Below are positions 36,811 to 51,393 of a DNA stretch of 64,000 nucleotides, one piece after another. Numbering within the stretch: the first letter of the stretch is position 1; each line of letters opens with the position of its first letter. A program made the position numbers and the translations under genes. The notes under the pieces are model-generated. The model saw only the letters and a list, made by a program, of their open reading frames with translations, was not told where the DNA came from and made no database searches. Source of the DNA: Squalus acanthias (taxonomy: Eukaryota); NCBI GenBank assembly GCA_030390025.1, contig CM059425.1, positions 170,068,001 to 170,132,000 of the forward strand, read 5' to 3'.

Positions 36811-39498
36811 TCAGAATCACAGAAAACAAAGTGACACTAATGAAAAAATAAATGTAAAGCTTGTTCCTATCTGACATTGACTGTAACACTTGCATTTCAA
36901 ACAGCATTTAGAATGTTGTTCTTATTTTTTGTAGAGACTCAGGAGGAAGTTTATTTTTATTTTGCACCATACTATGAATTGCTTCTCATACGGTTTCAGT
37001 ACATGCTAATTTCTTAGACATTTTCATCATGATGCACTTCCACCAAGATTCACTACATAATGTTTGCTTTCTGCTCCAATGCCTGGTTTTACTGCATTGC
37101 ATTCAGTGTTTTGTAAGGATTTTCTCCATCTTGTGTTTTTTTTAAAATAGACAATTCCCACATTGGACATATTTTCCTCTTATTTTTTGCAATAGTTTAC
37201 TAAGGTAATTTTTTTCATTTGTGGATTTATTCTGAGACAGACCTGCATGCATTGAAATTCGCTGCAAGTTTGTTTTATCTCACATGAATGCAACACCATA
37301 TTCTTGCTTGCTGCTGAAATATGCTCCGGTTTTCTCAGTCTTTTATTTGGATAGATCTGTGATTCTGGTGATATCACAGACATGAATAGCTAGCTATGAC
37401 AGGAGCTCCATCTACCCTCAGTGTAAATCAGTGCAAATCTAATGCTTAGAACTGCAAACTTTGAAAGCTTTGTGAGAAGAAACACTGTGCAACATAGTTC
37501 AACAACAGAAACAGAAGAAGGGCCATATAGAAGTGTATCACCTCAGAGACACATGACATTATGAACTAGAGGGATGCAGTTCTCCTAAATCCTTTCTATT
37601 TTCCTGAATTCCTATTCTCAGCTGCTCCAATGTGGGAAGGAAGGTTGGATAACAAGTCATTCCAATGTTGCATATCTTACCATGGCCAGCTGAAGGTTGC
37701 CATTGAAGGAAAACTCCCCCTTTCCCACAAAAAGATGCACAGGGCAGAGAAAACTACACAGGAGAAACATGCAGCAGAAAGTTTTTATAATTTCATTTAA
37801 AAAGTATAATAAAAATGCAGCAGACAAATTGTTAGAAAAAATGTAAAATGCTGGGGCAATAAGGGCTGCACTGTACATCCCTAAGTCTGTTCTCACCAAT
37901 GAGGGGACCTCTGAATGCTGCAGGAAGACAGATGAGCACTATCTACAAGTCAAGATCTTTAAGGCGGAGGTAATTCATTCCTCACTGAGAATGAAGCAGA
38001 AAATAGTGCACATTGCAAATGCCTCAAAATAAAATGAAAATGGTGTATGAGATATAGAGAAGGATTTGTTTGAAGAATGAAGGAACAATAAAGATGAAGG
38101 AAAAGATAACATACCTATTTCAGACTAACAAAAAAAACTGGTGCTAAATTAGATGACTCTGCCAACAGAGCTTGTCCAGATAATCTACGAATCTTTGATT
38201 CCAGAAGCATTGTAAACAATGGACCTCGTTAATCTTCTGACCAGAAACCTCTAATGAACTCTTAAGGCTGGATGATACAACGAGCCTCTTTATGGAAATG
38301 ACCCACGACACAATAGTTCTGAGGTTATCAGATGTGAGTAGGTCAATGAGCCATTGTGGTGATATATCTGAAATTTCAAAGCAAAAGATATGTGTTAATG
38401 TCAACAAGAGATATCAGAGATGTGCATTTGTAAGTTTATTGGTGTATATTAGTTTGTATGGTTTCTCAGGAGGGGAAGCAAATTTCTTGAACTGAAAACT
38501 ATTATTATCTGTAGCATTTTGGCGACTTTGTTGTGCATCAAATACCTACGGGCTAAAAATAATTGTTCCTTAGCCCAGAAGAAAGTGTATTAGCTTCTGT
38601 AAAAGAACAGAATTGTCACTGAAGAGGCACAGGGTGTGCAGGAACATGCATCAATCAAAGTTGTAGAGAGTGGGATAAAAGGACAAAGCAAAACTTAGAA
38701 TAAAATGGCAGCGTGAAAAAGGGGATGAAATCTAACAAATGTAGTAGCTAAGTCATAAAACTGAAAAAAGAGCCAGAAAGTCATGTTAACTGTTCTAAAA
38801 AAATAACTTTTTTTTCTCCTGTTTTGTGGTAGGTATTTAACACGTTAAAGTATTGTAGAAAAATCCTGATCAGGCAGTTTATTTTGTTACCGAGATTGAA
38901 ACTTTTAAATAAACAAACAGGGTTATCAATGAGAATGTCTGTTCAGCAATGGGGTGACTAGTGTCAGCTTTAAGCTTTAAAAATGTTTGATAATTGTTAT
39001 AGGGTGTGAGAGCCGTTTTTCTTCTTGTGCTCGGAAGCATTTAATTAGGGTCTAATAATAAGGCAGGACAAAAGAAATCTATACAACTGGAACCCAATCT
39101 CATTAGTAAAGTTGAAGGAATAGATCCACATCATAGCCTACGGCAAAGCCCTTGGAGATGACAGGCTGTCCAGCAAATTCTACAAGGCTATAACAGAACT
39201 GCTAACCCCAAGTCTACTCACAAAATACAAAGGTGGTCATTTTGGCCAAAGGGTGAAAACAGGCGCTGTGGGTGCTGTGTTAATAAGAGATGCCGGTTTG
39301 AAAGTCTGGATTTAGTGCGCAATTTTCGGGCTAATTGATGATTATCATGTTTTGCACATGTCTGCAGGTTCAGAAACCAACAACTGGAGGTTTAGCACTC
39401 AAGTGCTGATTAGATGCAAATTTCCTGCAGCTTTATATGTAGCCTGCACTCACCCACTTCCACTAAATGTGTCGTGTGCGATGACTGGGAGTGGAAGG

Positions 39499-41290
39499 AT
39501 GTCTCAAGGAGCAAAGGAGAGGGTGGCCAGGTTCTCTGATGCGGCACTGGAGGTCCTGCTGGACGAGGTAGAGAGGAGGAGGAATGTCCTCTACCCGCAA
39601 GGGGGAAGAAGGCCACAGAAGCAACTGATGCGCCGCATGAGGGACGAGATCGCCCGAGAGGTCACAGCCAGGAGCCCTGGCCACAGGACATGGCTCCAGT
39701 GCCACAACAAATTTAATGACTTGACACTATTTGTCAAGGTAAGATCCCATCTCACAAACACACTTCTCAATAACTGCATCACCACCACCAGCATCACAAC
39801 CACAACACACTGCATTCACCATCTAACTATGCATTGAGATTCACACACCCCACACTATTGCATCTTGCACAGGCACTACTCACACCTCAGTCACATCTCA
39901 CAGCTCTTCAACCATATGAGACATCACACACACACAAATACACCTGTCAATACACTCATTCACAATTACCACTCTTTCCCTTCCAGGAGAAATTATCACA
40001 TAACAGGCAGCAGCAGGACCTGACTGGGGGAGGGGAAAGACAACTTCATGCTATCACTCCCTTTGAGGAGGCAGCGCTGGCCGTGATCGAGAGGGGAGTG
40101 GGTGACGCCGTGGCCAGAGGCAGAGCAGGGGGCATCTTGCCTAGAGGTATGTGGCCACTGCAGCTTCCCTACAGATGCATAACTATTCCTGATCCTTAAT
40201 CACCCAAAGCGATCCTCACTCCCACACGCCATATGGTCTCATCACATACATCCTCCTAAAGTGGCCACACGCATTGCACCCTAACACTTCCAGCTTTATC
40301 ATTGCAGGCTCCCAGGAACAAGATGCACCTTGCCCCATCGAGCAGGTTCAGGAAGAGCAACATCCACCTCGCCCCCTGCCCCCCGGAGGAAGAGGAAGAG
40401 GGTGAGGACGAACGCACTGGGTCAATGACTACCACTGTCGCAGGCACCAGCTCAGAGACCAGCAGCATGCGCAACTTAGAGGCTAGCTTAGAAGAGGGAT
40501 GCTCACAGTGGGAAGCACTGGGCACTAGTGGGCAGCAGCCACACCAGGTTGAAGGGACCCCACAGGTGCTACCTTGCCGGGGGGCAAGGTCACATACTAG
40601 TTCTGCTGCAGAGGAATCAGATGAGGGCCTCGCAGGGCCAAGCTTCAGAAGAAGGCTGATGGGTGCAACAAACCATATGCTTGGTGCAATGGAGAGCCTG
40701 CCTGAAAGCCATGGGGTTCTGTCTAGGGGAATGGAGGAGTCCACCTCCACCTTGGTCCGTGACTGGACACAGAGCCTGGAACCCATCAACTCCAGGATCA
40801 AGAGGCTGGTGACTTGCAGCTAGCGACCTGTGGAGCGCGACATCATGCAGCATCTGATGACTGAGATCACAGCTTCCATGGAACGGCAAACTGCTGCACT
40901 GGAAGCTCAGGCAGCTGCCATGGTGGCTCTGGGCTCCTCGGTTGAAAGGGGTTTGCAGGGTGTCTCCAATGCCCAGTGATCTATGCTCCACCAGATCACT
41001 GGGCGGGCTGAACAGAGGCCCCGAGGTAGTGGCGTGGGAATCATGGAGCAGGAACCTACTGGCCTCTCTCCAGATGCCAGCATTGCTGCTCCCTCCCCCA
41101 CCACTCCACCATTGCCCTCGCCATTGCCTGTCAGTCAGGTGGCCCAGACTGCTGAAGCAGGAGAATGTCTGAACTGCCCTCTTCAGATTCTCAGCAGCCA
41201 TCCACCTCGCTTGCTGCTGCCACTGAGGTTGCCCTGCGTAGAAGCACTAGATTACACAAGAGCACTTATAGATAGTCACTAAGGGTAAGC
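39499..41290 (+). pseudogene. Harbinger Myb/SANT gene (exons 39499-39738, 39987-40146, ~40308-41290)
   Basis: RFSDAALEVLLDEV...RTWLQCHNKFNDL, EKLSHNR; same exon layout as the 4260 gene; stops in exon 3. Confidence 0.78.
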
Positions 41291-41399
41291 ACCAGGGTGA
41301 ATAGTTTAATATTTGTAATTGATGTTGGTTCTGTCATGTTTACATAGTTTGTTTTTGATGTATATAAACAGTGATTATAGTAATTGGGTAGTGGCGGAA

Positions 41400-41838
41400 T
41401 CGGGTCACATTGTCCGCATGCCCGATACGAGACTCCCAAAACAAGCGCTCTGCTCGGAGCTCCGGCATGGCAAGAGAGCCCCAGGTGGGCAGAGGAAATG
41501 CTTCAAGGACACCGTCAAAGCCTCCTTGAAAAAGTGTAACATCCCCACCGACACCTGGGAATCCCTGGCCCAAGACCGCACAAAGTGGAGGAGAAGCATC
41601 CGGGAAGGCGCCGAACACCTCGAGTCTCTTCGCCGGGAGCAAGCGGAAGCCAAGCGCAGGCAGCACAAGGAGCGCACATCAACCCAAGCACCCCACCCAC
41701 CCACCCCTTCAACCACCGTCTGCCCCACCTGTGACAGAGACTGTAGGTCCCGCATTGGACTCATCAGTCACCTGCGAACTCATTTTTAATGTGGAAGCAA
41801 GTCATCCTCGGTTCCGAGGGACTGCCTAAGAAAGAAAG
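41400..41838 (+). mobile_element. RTE LINE 3' fragment nested in Harbinger
   Basis: Highly similar to 23210-23650. Confidence 0.9.
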
Positions 41839-41959
41839 GTCTTTTTTATTGTGATCTTCATGGGGAAGGGTTTAAAAGGATCGAGTGCAGATAATGGACT
41901 GCCTGATGAATCCTAAGTTGTGGAAGGTCCATCATATGGCAGCAGTGCTCTGAAGTCTG

Positions 41960-43109
41960 TTGGTGGAGCACATCTCTCAAAAGCGCTGTATAATTAAATG
42001 GCGGCGAGCACCCTCCCAGGTGCGGGCCGTCTACCTGGAAGCCTCCGGTTCTCCCCTTGGTCCCCGTCCTCTGCCTTCTCCTCTTTCTCCTCCTCTTGTG
42101 GCTCCTGAGCTTGACCCTCTGGTGGTAAGGGCAGGTCTCTCAAGACTGCCAGATTGTGGAGCATGCAGCAAATCACCACGAATCTGGACACCTACTCGGC
42201 CGAGTACTGCAGGGCACATCCTGACCTAAACCTCTGCTTAAGGACCCCAGTGGTCTGCTCAATGATATTCCTGGTGGCTGAGTGGCTCTCATTGTATCAG
42301 TGCTCAGCTGGTGTCTGGGGTTTCTCAGGGGAGTCATGAGCCATGGCATCAGAGGGTATCCCCTGTCACCTAGTAGCCAGCCATGCACATTGCGTTGTGG
42401 CTCAAAGATCGGTGGGACGGATGACTGTCTCATTATAAATGCATTGTGGTAGCACCCTAGATAGGAGGCATTCACCAGCATGATGCGCCGGTGGTCACAG
42501 ACAAGCTGTAAATTGAGGGAATGGAATCCTTTCCTGTTCCTGAACACCTCCATGATTAAATGAGGGGCTCGCATGGTCACATGTTTACAATCAATGGCAC
42601 ACTGGACCATGGGGAATCTCACAATCCTGTTGAATCCTGTTGCTCTGCCTCTGGTCTTCTCTGGCAATAGGGAATGATATATAGTCATTCCTCAGTGCGT
42701 ATAAATCTGCAAAGATGCAGATCCACAGGGGATTGTGATATGTGACTTATATCACCTGGGCAGCCTGGAAGGTTGCAGTAGCATTAAAATTAAGTGCTAC
42801 TGTGACCTTGACTGTCACAGGCAATGCAGTCCTGGCTGTGCTGCGACATCTATGTCTTCATTGCACGAGGCCACAGGTCTCTGTAATGACCTCCTTGGTA
42901 AAGCGCAGCCTCCTCATGCACTGGTCTTGGGTCATGTGAATATAGCAGTAGTGCTCTCTGAAGACCCTGGGTGGATAGGGCCTCCTGCTGAGAGCCCACC
43001 TATCCCACCTGTCCCTCTCTCCTGCAGCAGCTGGCGCTTCTCTGCCTGGCCTCATCTCCTCCTCCAATTCCTCATCCAGATCAAGGCGGACCCCGAACAA
43101 AATGCCCAT
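41960..43109 (-). pseudogene. Harbinger DDE transposase, disrupted
   Basis: RRPYPPRVFRE, CMRRLRF, AIDCKH, GDRGYP, CCMLHN; several stops and frameshifts. Confidence 0.88.
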
Positions 43110-43824
43110 AACCCTTTCTCCTGGTGACTCCTGTAAGGTGTCCAATAAAATACAATAGCACAGCACTCGTTTTAGGTGAAGTACTGAGAGAATATCTGGG
43201 AAAAATGTTGATAGAGTGTTGAAGTCTTGACAAAGTGTCCCAGAATGTCTCCAGATGCGCCTCAAAAGTCCTCTTCAAACGCAATGTATTCAGCCAATCT
43301 CAGCAAGTGAACAGTGAAAGCTGAGCATGGCTTTAAGTAGTGCTCGAAATCCTCAGCAACAACTTGTTTACTCCTATTCAGCTGGTTGCTGTTAGGAGAG
43401 GTTGTTAAATGAAGTGTTACCCACCAAAATGGCAGGCAGCCTCTTTAATGAGGGATTACAGGCAATTTAATTGTCAATCAGCCCCTTAACTATCCTCCGG
43501 GCAGTCGTTTCTGGCACGCGCTTCAACTTCTTTACCAACATGGCGGCTTGTGCTAAACGTGGGCTAAACTGGTGTTGTGGCTTAAAAACCCATCTTAGCC
43601 ACCTCTTTAGTGCCTAAAGCATTCGGCCAAAATCATCCCCAAAGACATGAGCAAAAACAGTCTACCCCAACACAATATACTGGTGTTATCAAGGCCAGAA
43701 GAAGACCCAGTTAGATGAAATCTACAGGCCAAAATTCTTGGTAAACTAAAACACAAAAGATAAAGAACAAAAATGTATTTATGTAATGCTGTTCACATCC
43801 TCACAACTAATTAATTACTTTTAA

Positions 43825-44300
43825 TGTAGCCAAAAAAAATGCCATCCTGGGCCCACGCCTGAAATAGGCGTGAGGCAACGTTGCCACTAAGTTGCATGAC
43901 CGCACAGCTGTCTGCTGGTCCTCACATCCAAAGCACTGGGCCGATGCCGCCCATCATTCCCTGCACCCTCTCCGGTCGCCACCTCTAATCAACCCCCCCA
44001 CCCCGATCCCCGCTGACCACTACCCTCTCTCATGATCACCTACCATCCCAAACTGATCGGCAATGATTTACCCCCCCACCCCCAGTCCCCTTTAAACGCT
44101 TACCTGAAGGGAACTCCTGGCATCATAGCGGCCCAATCGTCCTTTCCTCTTCGCCAGCGAGCTGTCTGGGGATACCTATTAGGTGGCTGCAGCTCACCAG
44201 CTAAATGATAGTGAGGCTTGACGCCCAATTTTGGGTACGTCTCAGGCCAATCCATTCTCCTGCACGACCAAAAATGGATGCACTGAAACTTGTAGGCCAA
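43825..44300. mobile_element. Probable GC-rich MITE remnant
   Basis: GC-rich island in AT-rich context with degenerate complementary ends. Confidence 0.3.
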
Positions 44301-45156
44301 TAAATCTGGAGTGGTACCAATTTATATTCATTTAGATGATGTTGTAGTGTCCAATGAGACCAGCACATGTGCATTGTATAATCTCAATAATGTAAAATTT
44401 CTTCTTCTCCCATGGAATTGGAAGTACTGTGCTGAGTGCACTGAGGCCCCTAAATAAATATTAAACTGAAGCTCCTACCTGTTTGAGGCAGGGCACTATT
44501 TGCCCGACTACTCCCCACGCCGGGAAACTTAATTGCAGCGCAAAGTGGGCTGAGTTCTGGTGGAATGGGTCTCCAACAATTTTCTACTCCCAGCCACCCA
44601 ATTTATATGGCTAGAATGGCCGATGGGGAGCAGAAAATCCAGACCTAAACTGTAACACAATTAGTGAATGAAGCGTGAAGTGAAGAGTTTTACCACAGTA
44701 TGCTGCCTGAACACCTGTGACAATTAATTAACAATAAATAAGTCAGTGCCTATGGGCTTCCTTGGTTTCTCAGTGAGCTTATTTAGTGATTACCTGAGCA
44801 ACACAGATGTGGAAGGTACCTGGTCTGTGCTGAAGTTGCGAATCTTGGCAAAAGTCATCATAGGGATGCTGTAATTGGTCTTAGCTCCCATGGATTAGGG
44901 AAGGGAGATGAGCAACATCAGTAAAAGAGAGAAGATAATCTAATCTTATCCAACTTTTGGATGTATAGCCTAGTTTTAGAAGTGTTATGGTCTCTTTGGG
45001 CTAATAAGATGCATATCCAGCTTGGATTAAGATGGAGCCTAACAGCTTGGGGCAGATTTTATTGTCCAGTATTCAGGCCAGGAGTTTGACAGGGCAGAAA
45101 TATTTATCACAAATTTGGGGGAAGTTGCTTACATTTTTCTAACCATTTCTAACCAG

Positions 45157-45512
45157 CTACAAGATGCACTGCAGCAACTCGCCAAGGCTTCTTCGGCAGC
45201 ACCTCCCAAATCCACGGCCTCTTCCACCTAGAAGGACAAGGGCAGCAGGCGCATGGGAACACCACCACCTCCAAGTTCCCCTCCAGGTCACACACCATCC
45301 TGACTTAGAAGTATATCGCCGATCCTTCATCGTCGCTGGGTCAAAATCCTGGAACTCCCTCCCTAACAGCACTGTGGGAGTACCTTCACCACACGGACTG
45401 CAGTGGTTCAAGAAGGCGGCTCACCCCACCTTCTCAAGGGCAATTAGGGACGGGCAATAAATGCTGGCCTTGCCAGCGACGCCCACATCCCATAAACGAA
45501 TAATAAAAAAAA
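45157..45512 (+). mobile_element. Family-B LINE 3' end
   Basis: ORF 45164-45460; GGGCAATAAATGCTGGCCTTGCCAGCGACGCCCACATCCC + A tail. Confidence 0.9.
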
Positions 45513-48500
45513 TAGACAGAAATTGTAGGCAGCTTGTTTCTAAATATGGATAAGCAATTCCACTCTTCCAAGCTCTTACGCTCGAGCACTGTAGAGAATC
45601 ATCTACTTTGTTGAGTTCAGATACTCTGAAACACCTGATGCTTTATAAATTGACACAAGAGGCAGGATTTTCCATCTGAATTATGCTGGTTTTCCGCCAT
45701 TCCTCTGGGAGGCAGAGCAGAAAATTGGATTGGGACTTCCAAGTCTTCGACTATTTCTGAACATATACCAATGTTTCAACGAAAATATTATATTTATTAT
45801 AGGGAGGCGGTAATGATCATACGTGACATTTTTTGTCCTCATAGCAATGCTGGTCACATTAATATTTGAATGGCTTCTAGTATTTCTAGGGCCAATAGAG
45901 AAGGCTTAAATTTAAGTGAGTGCAATCAATCATGGGGCAATAGATACACTGTTCCAAACTGTCAGATTTTTGGGGGGAAACAAAGAAGCCCCACACTTCT
46001 GTCTGTATAGATGGCAGCCGGCCCACATACGCTATTGAGGCACCAGAGATTTTACAATTTTCTGAATCTCTATGGTGGAATGACCAGCAGCCATGTTCTC
46101 CCCTCTGTCTCTATTCTATCTTTTTCTCTCTCTCAGTAGCAATATTAGGTGTTAATTGAATGTATTAGGCTGATTCTCAGGCCCAAGGATTTAAGCTCTT
46201 CCCAAGCTAAACAAAAAAGTGCATCTTTTCCAACAAAGTAGTCTATAACAATAGAAGAAATGTTAAGACCTGTTACAGGCCATTAATTCAACAAGTCCAA
46301 AATTTCAAGTCCAAGCCCTAATTTTTGAGAGAGGCTGAGGCCAAGAATAACTTTAATGTAGGAATTAAAATATGCAAAAGACGATTCAATGGATAAATGT
46401 AATTATGTTATTGAGAAATATGTATTTCATTGATTTTTAATTTAATTTAACCCTTATTTTAATATTAGAAATACGAGTTACTGAGAAAAAAAATGGCAAA
46501 TGAAGAGAAAATTACAAAAGCATTTTGAGTAATTTATGGGAACCTGGTGCCAGATTTCACAGAGTGATGAGTTTACAGAGGCGAAAACCAATATAGACGT
46601 GGCTATAAAAATTCAGAATGGGAAAAAGTTGACTCAAGAAGTGTGACAAAAGGAAGTCAAATTCTGCCGCCCAGATGTGTGTACAGAGGTAAGATTTCTA
46701 ATAAAATATTGATAGATTTTCTCCATTGGCCACCACTGATAATTTACTCCATAAGTCTGTTACTCTCCTGTTTGACATCCCTTTTTATTCCTAATTTTTA
46801 AATTGTGTTCCTGCCATTTGAATCTTAATCATAGTGAACAATTTGCCTGGAATTTTCTGCTTGATCAATTGCCTTGCGCAAACATATACCATAGTCAAGC
46901 CTGATGAGACAGTCCTCCTGAACATGTGCTATGTTAGCTCTTTGCACAGCATGGAGTATCTGTGTGGTTGTCAGCACAGGATGTGTATATTGCCACACAT
47001 CTAGTGAATTGAAAAACCTGTTTCCTTTTCATTTTTAGAATGTGACTGAAGCCCGCCCCTCTTACAGTTGTAGACCACAGGAGAATGTGCATGTTTGAGC
47101 AAAAACATTGTGCTGAGGAATACCTAAAGGCCATCCAGCACAAAATATTACACAAGATTTATCTCACTCATCTTAAATTATACAAAGCTAAAAGTATGCT
47201 AGATATTTTCTGGGAGGAGAAGGAGGGCAGAGGATGGGAGGAAAGGTGTCTGATTTATAAGATTACACAAGCTAAGGAATGAGGTATATAGTTGGAGCAG
47301 TCATCATTTTACCATTCAATTACCACCAAATATAAAATTGCACTGTGAATGGTAAGAGCAGTTTCAGCACTTTTACTCAAATGTAATGTTCTATTACTGC
47401 TGAAGGCTTAAGTCAATAAATGTAATTTCATTCTTTTCTACATTACATAATTTTCAGAGTGCGAATAAATGTTCTTGATGAATTTTATTAATCAAGAAGC
47501 AATAAAAGATAATTTTCCAGCAATGTAGCTGCCACAGGCATGATGTATCAAATGGTCTCGTTCTGTGCTATATGATTCTATGATTTCAATCCTGCATATG
47601 TTATAGAACTATTAGTATTATATTGTATAACTGTATTTTGAAGGGCCAGTTAATTTCACTTTGTAAAAAAATGAAAAATAAAAGGCAGCTTTTAATTAAG
47701 AAGTAAAATGTAAAATACACTAGGTATAAATGAATAAAGTAAAAGTAAGCATAAATGCTTCAGTAACGTGTTTTTCTAAAAGTAGGTTCATTTTTCCATG
47801 CACAGAATTTACAAGAAATTGTTTGCTGAGCACTGGGAGGTTTCATTATCCACAGGATGACACAACTGGATTAAGTGACACATTACCCACAATGGGGCTA
47901 CAGTGAACGTCAGCTCCACAATCAAAATAGACTAACCTTCATAGGACTGAAGCGAATACTGAAGGAAACACTGAATGACAAGTTCTTAGAGCTGCAAGAA
48001 GGGTGCTGGTTTTTGATCAGTACAGTAAACAGATTAAATATCAAACCAATCTCCTCTGTCAACTGAACTCAGGCAAATTGCCTAATATTATGCAATATTT
48101 GTGTCATTGTCCATCTGAGTGATACTAGCTTGCACAACATTACTGACATTTTGAATGTCTTGATTTATTTGATGAATAACTTCCTCTTGAGTACTGAGTG
48201 TATGAGGGGGAGGGGGTGGGAGGGTAAGAAAGGTTCTGTTCCATATGGCCAATATATACTATGTCTGTCTTCCTGAGCTCACCAACACTATCCAGAGGTG
48301 ATCTTATTAAGGAACCTGCAAATATATGAAGCTCTCATAGTTTCTGCTTTCAGCCATGAGTCACTTGTCTTCAGCAGTTGCAGTCTGTTCCCCTTCGCCA
48401 CATATCTCATTGCTATCTTTATCACAACAACAACAACAACTTGTATATTATATAGCTCCTTTAACATAGTAAAATTGTGAAGGAATAAGCCATATTCAGA

Positions 48501-48589
48501 AAAATACACCATTCTATGAAATAATTCTAGCCTTATTAAAACATGACAAACTGGGCTTGAAAATCTAAAAACCTAACAATGGAGAAGCT

Positions 48590-50690
48590 GTAAACAGCAT
48601 ACAGGCTATTGAGATAAGATAAGTTGTTGACACTGAATCAATAACCTTATTGAAACAGGAGGGTGGAGGCTCCTGAAGTCTGCAGCATTGGAAAAAAGAC
48701 AATGGTACACCCTGTTAAGGTGTTCTAAAGTACATTTTGTAAACAGGCACATAAAAGAAGAAACATATGCCTTCGTAAAAATGACATCAAGTAAAAGAAA
48801 CACCTGCCGTTAAATCGTTTTTATGTTAAACTTAGAACACCTATGGATAGGAGACACGATTCTGTATTGCAACCAGCTGAGGTGACTTAAGAATTGCATA
48901 GATCACCCTGATTGAGGTTGTTTTAATTTACACGTCGTAAAAAGACACAAACAGAAGACTTTGGTAAGAATGACAACAAATAGATGCACCTGCTCCACAT
49001 CGTTTTTATGATAAGCTTCGAACACCTAAAGGTAGAGACACGATTCTTAATGCTACCAGCTGAACTGACTGTAAGAATAGCAGGGGTCAGCAGAAGAATG
49101 ACTAGAGATAATGGGGGAAAAATTCAGTTGGTTTGCGTCTCCCGTTAGCGTCTTAAGAGGGCGCTAATGGGGCACAAAGCAACTAGCGCCCGTGGGCGGC
49201 GATGTTTGCGCCGCTCACAAAATTAACTAGACATTTTGCGGCGGCGCTAAACACTACCACCACGATCTCCTGCGCCGGCAGATCGTGACGTCAGTCGAGT
49301 GTGCAACGCCCCGGTAGCGCCCCGGACCGGATAATGAGTGGCGCCCCCTGCTTTATCACCTGCCGCTAGCAACGACAGGTTGAGGGGAGCGTTTTGCAGT
49401 CAGGAAGGGACGGGGGAGCACTATTTAAAGGCGACCGCTTCCTGCCTTTTTTTGTTGGTGACATTTTTGCACCACGCATTCTGAGAGAGAGAGAGAGAGA
49501 GACTTCTGGAGAGATTCAACGCTGTGTGAGTTTTAGGTACTGAGCAGTACTTTGCAGGTTAATTTTGATTTGCCCTTCCTTGTATCGATTTAGAAGAGAC
49601 TGTGGGGGCTGCACTCTGAGCTCTTTCCCATGGCCTCTCCATTGTTCTTTCCAGCAGATTTGATGTACAGGTCTCTCCAGGCTGAGATTCAAGGCTGCAA
49701 TGAGCAGGATGTGAATGGAGAGCAAGATCAACCCTCCCCTTTAAGAACTGGCTGGCGCCATTGTGTCTGTGTTCCATTGCTGACTGACATCACATGAGCT
49801 TCACCAGCACTCTGAGGTAGCGCCTCGCTCCTCGGCCTTTGCGCCTTAAGACAGGTGTGTAGTGCCTGATTTAGCTCTCCAATCACCTCCAGGGGCGATA
49901 AAAGCCAAGTTTGCAGTCAGAGGCGATAATTAGCGCCAGGCGCTAATCTTTGCGCCTGGCCGATAATTGCGCCCCAAATGGGGCGATACTGAATTTCTCC
50001 CCCAATTAGCTTACATCAGCAAGAAACTTCAAAGGAAATACCACTGCAAAAGGGTATAAAAATTGAACTTTCAAATGGGATGATAGTCTCGCTGTAAAGG
50101 GGCAAAGCGATTCTTGGCTTCAGAGGCAAGCCCTGTAAGTCTACAACTCTTTGTACCTCAGGGATCAAAGGTATCGAAGGTAATTGATTTTGGTGGATAT
50201 CCTGGAATAAACTAAGAACTGTAAAACTAGCGAAGTTAAGATTTGAGAATAAGGATCTCTGATAATAGAATTGTAAGATTTCTGTTTTTGGAATTGTTAA
50301 TGTTGCGATTGAGTCACCAACTGTAAATTACATGTCGGTTCTTTAATAAATCTATATATTTTTAGAATTATCTCACATAGTACTTCTGTATCAAACTTGT
50401 GAACTCAATCTCTGTACGCTCTTTGGTGAGGAGTTGCAGAATTCTGAGGGAGTTTTCCGGACCCTCATAATATCTGGAACGTTACAGTCTAGCTAAACTT
50501 ATTAAAAGTACTATCTGGATGACGGTAACATCTTCAGGTTGTTCCTTTCCTTTAAGGAGAGATAGTCTGGACCTTTAGACCCAATTAAGCGTCTTTAGGA
50601 TTCGGCTACCTCAAACTTTAGTTGAAAGTGAACATCTGGGGAATACGCCTGATCCGGAGTAGCCCTAAAGGGGCTAGGACTAGTAATTAT
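48590..50690 (+). mobile_element. LTR-like block (possible solo LTR), interrupted by a Harbinger MITE
   Basis: ~95 bp direct repeat at ~48801 and ~48987; TATAAAA ~50054; AATAAA ~50345; termini and TSD not resolved. Confidence 0.35.
49113..50003. mobile_element. Harbinger MITE, internal-deletion relative of the 3898 element (inverted)
   Basis: TIRs GGGGGAAAAATTCAG / CTGAATTTCTCCCCC; TSD AAT; 49810-50003 is the reverse complement of 3898-4090. Confidence 0.92.
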
Positions 50691-50694
50691 CCCT

Positions 50695-51393
50695 TCAAAA
50701 TGTCCCAAGGTGCTTCACAGGAGCATTATAAGACAAAAAAATTGACACCGAGCCACATAAGGAGAATTTAGGGCAGGTGATCAAAAGCTTGGTCAAAGAG
50801 GTAGGTTTTAAGGAGCATCTTAAAGGAGGAAAGAGAGGTAGTGAGGTGGAGAGGTTTAGGCAGGGAATTCCAGAGCTCAAGGCCTAGGCAACAGAAGGCA
50901 CGGCCACCAATGGTTGAACGATTATAATCAGGGATGATCTAGAGGGCAGAATTAGAGGAGCGCAGATATCTCGGTGGGTTGTGGGGCTGGAGGAGATTAC
51001 AGAGATAGGGAGGGGCGAGGCCATGGAGGGATTTGAAAACAAGGATGAGAATTTTGAAATCGAGGCATTGCTTAACCGGGAGCCAATGTAGGTCAGCGAA
51101 CACAAGGGTGATGGGCGAACGGGTCTTGGTGCGAGTTAGGACATGGGCAGCCGAGTTTTGAATGACCTCAAGTTTACGTAGGGTGGAATGTGGGAGTCCA
51201 TCCAGGAGTGCATTGGAATAGTCAAGTCTAGAGGTAACAAAGGCATGGATGAGGGTTTCAGCAGCGAATGAGCTGAGGCAAGGGCAGAGACGGGCCATGT
51301 TACAGAGGTGGAAATAGGCAGTCTTAGTTATGCTGCAGATATGTGGTCGGAAGCTCATTTCAGGGTCAAATATGACACCAAGGTTGCGAACCA
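50695..51393 (-). mobile_element. L2 LINE 3' fragment
   Basis: VRNLGVIFD..SF..HI, LIHAFVTSRLDYSN, LHWLP. Confidence 0.9.

Larger units (their letters stand above)
39232..43640. mobile_element. Autonomous-type Harbinger transposon, both ends present, decayed
   Basis: TIRs GGTGGTCATTTTGGCC / GGCCAAAATCATCCCC; TSD AAA; Myb gene plus transposase. Confidence 0.88.
39060..43750 (+). mobile_element. Old L1/Tx1-like RT fragment (39060-39231 + 43641-43750) split by Harbinger
   Basis: GKALGDD..SKFYK before the insertion and a degenerate ..EDPV..YRP.. after it. Confidence 0.5.
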
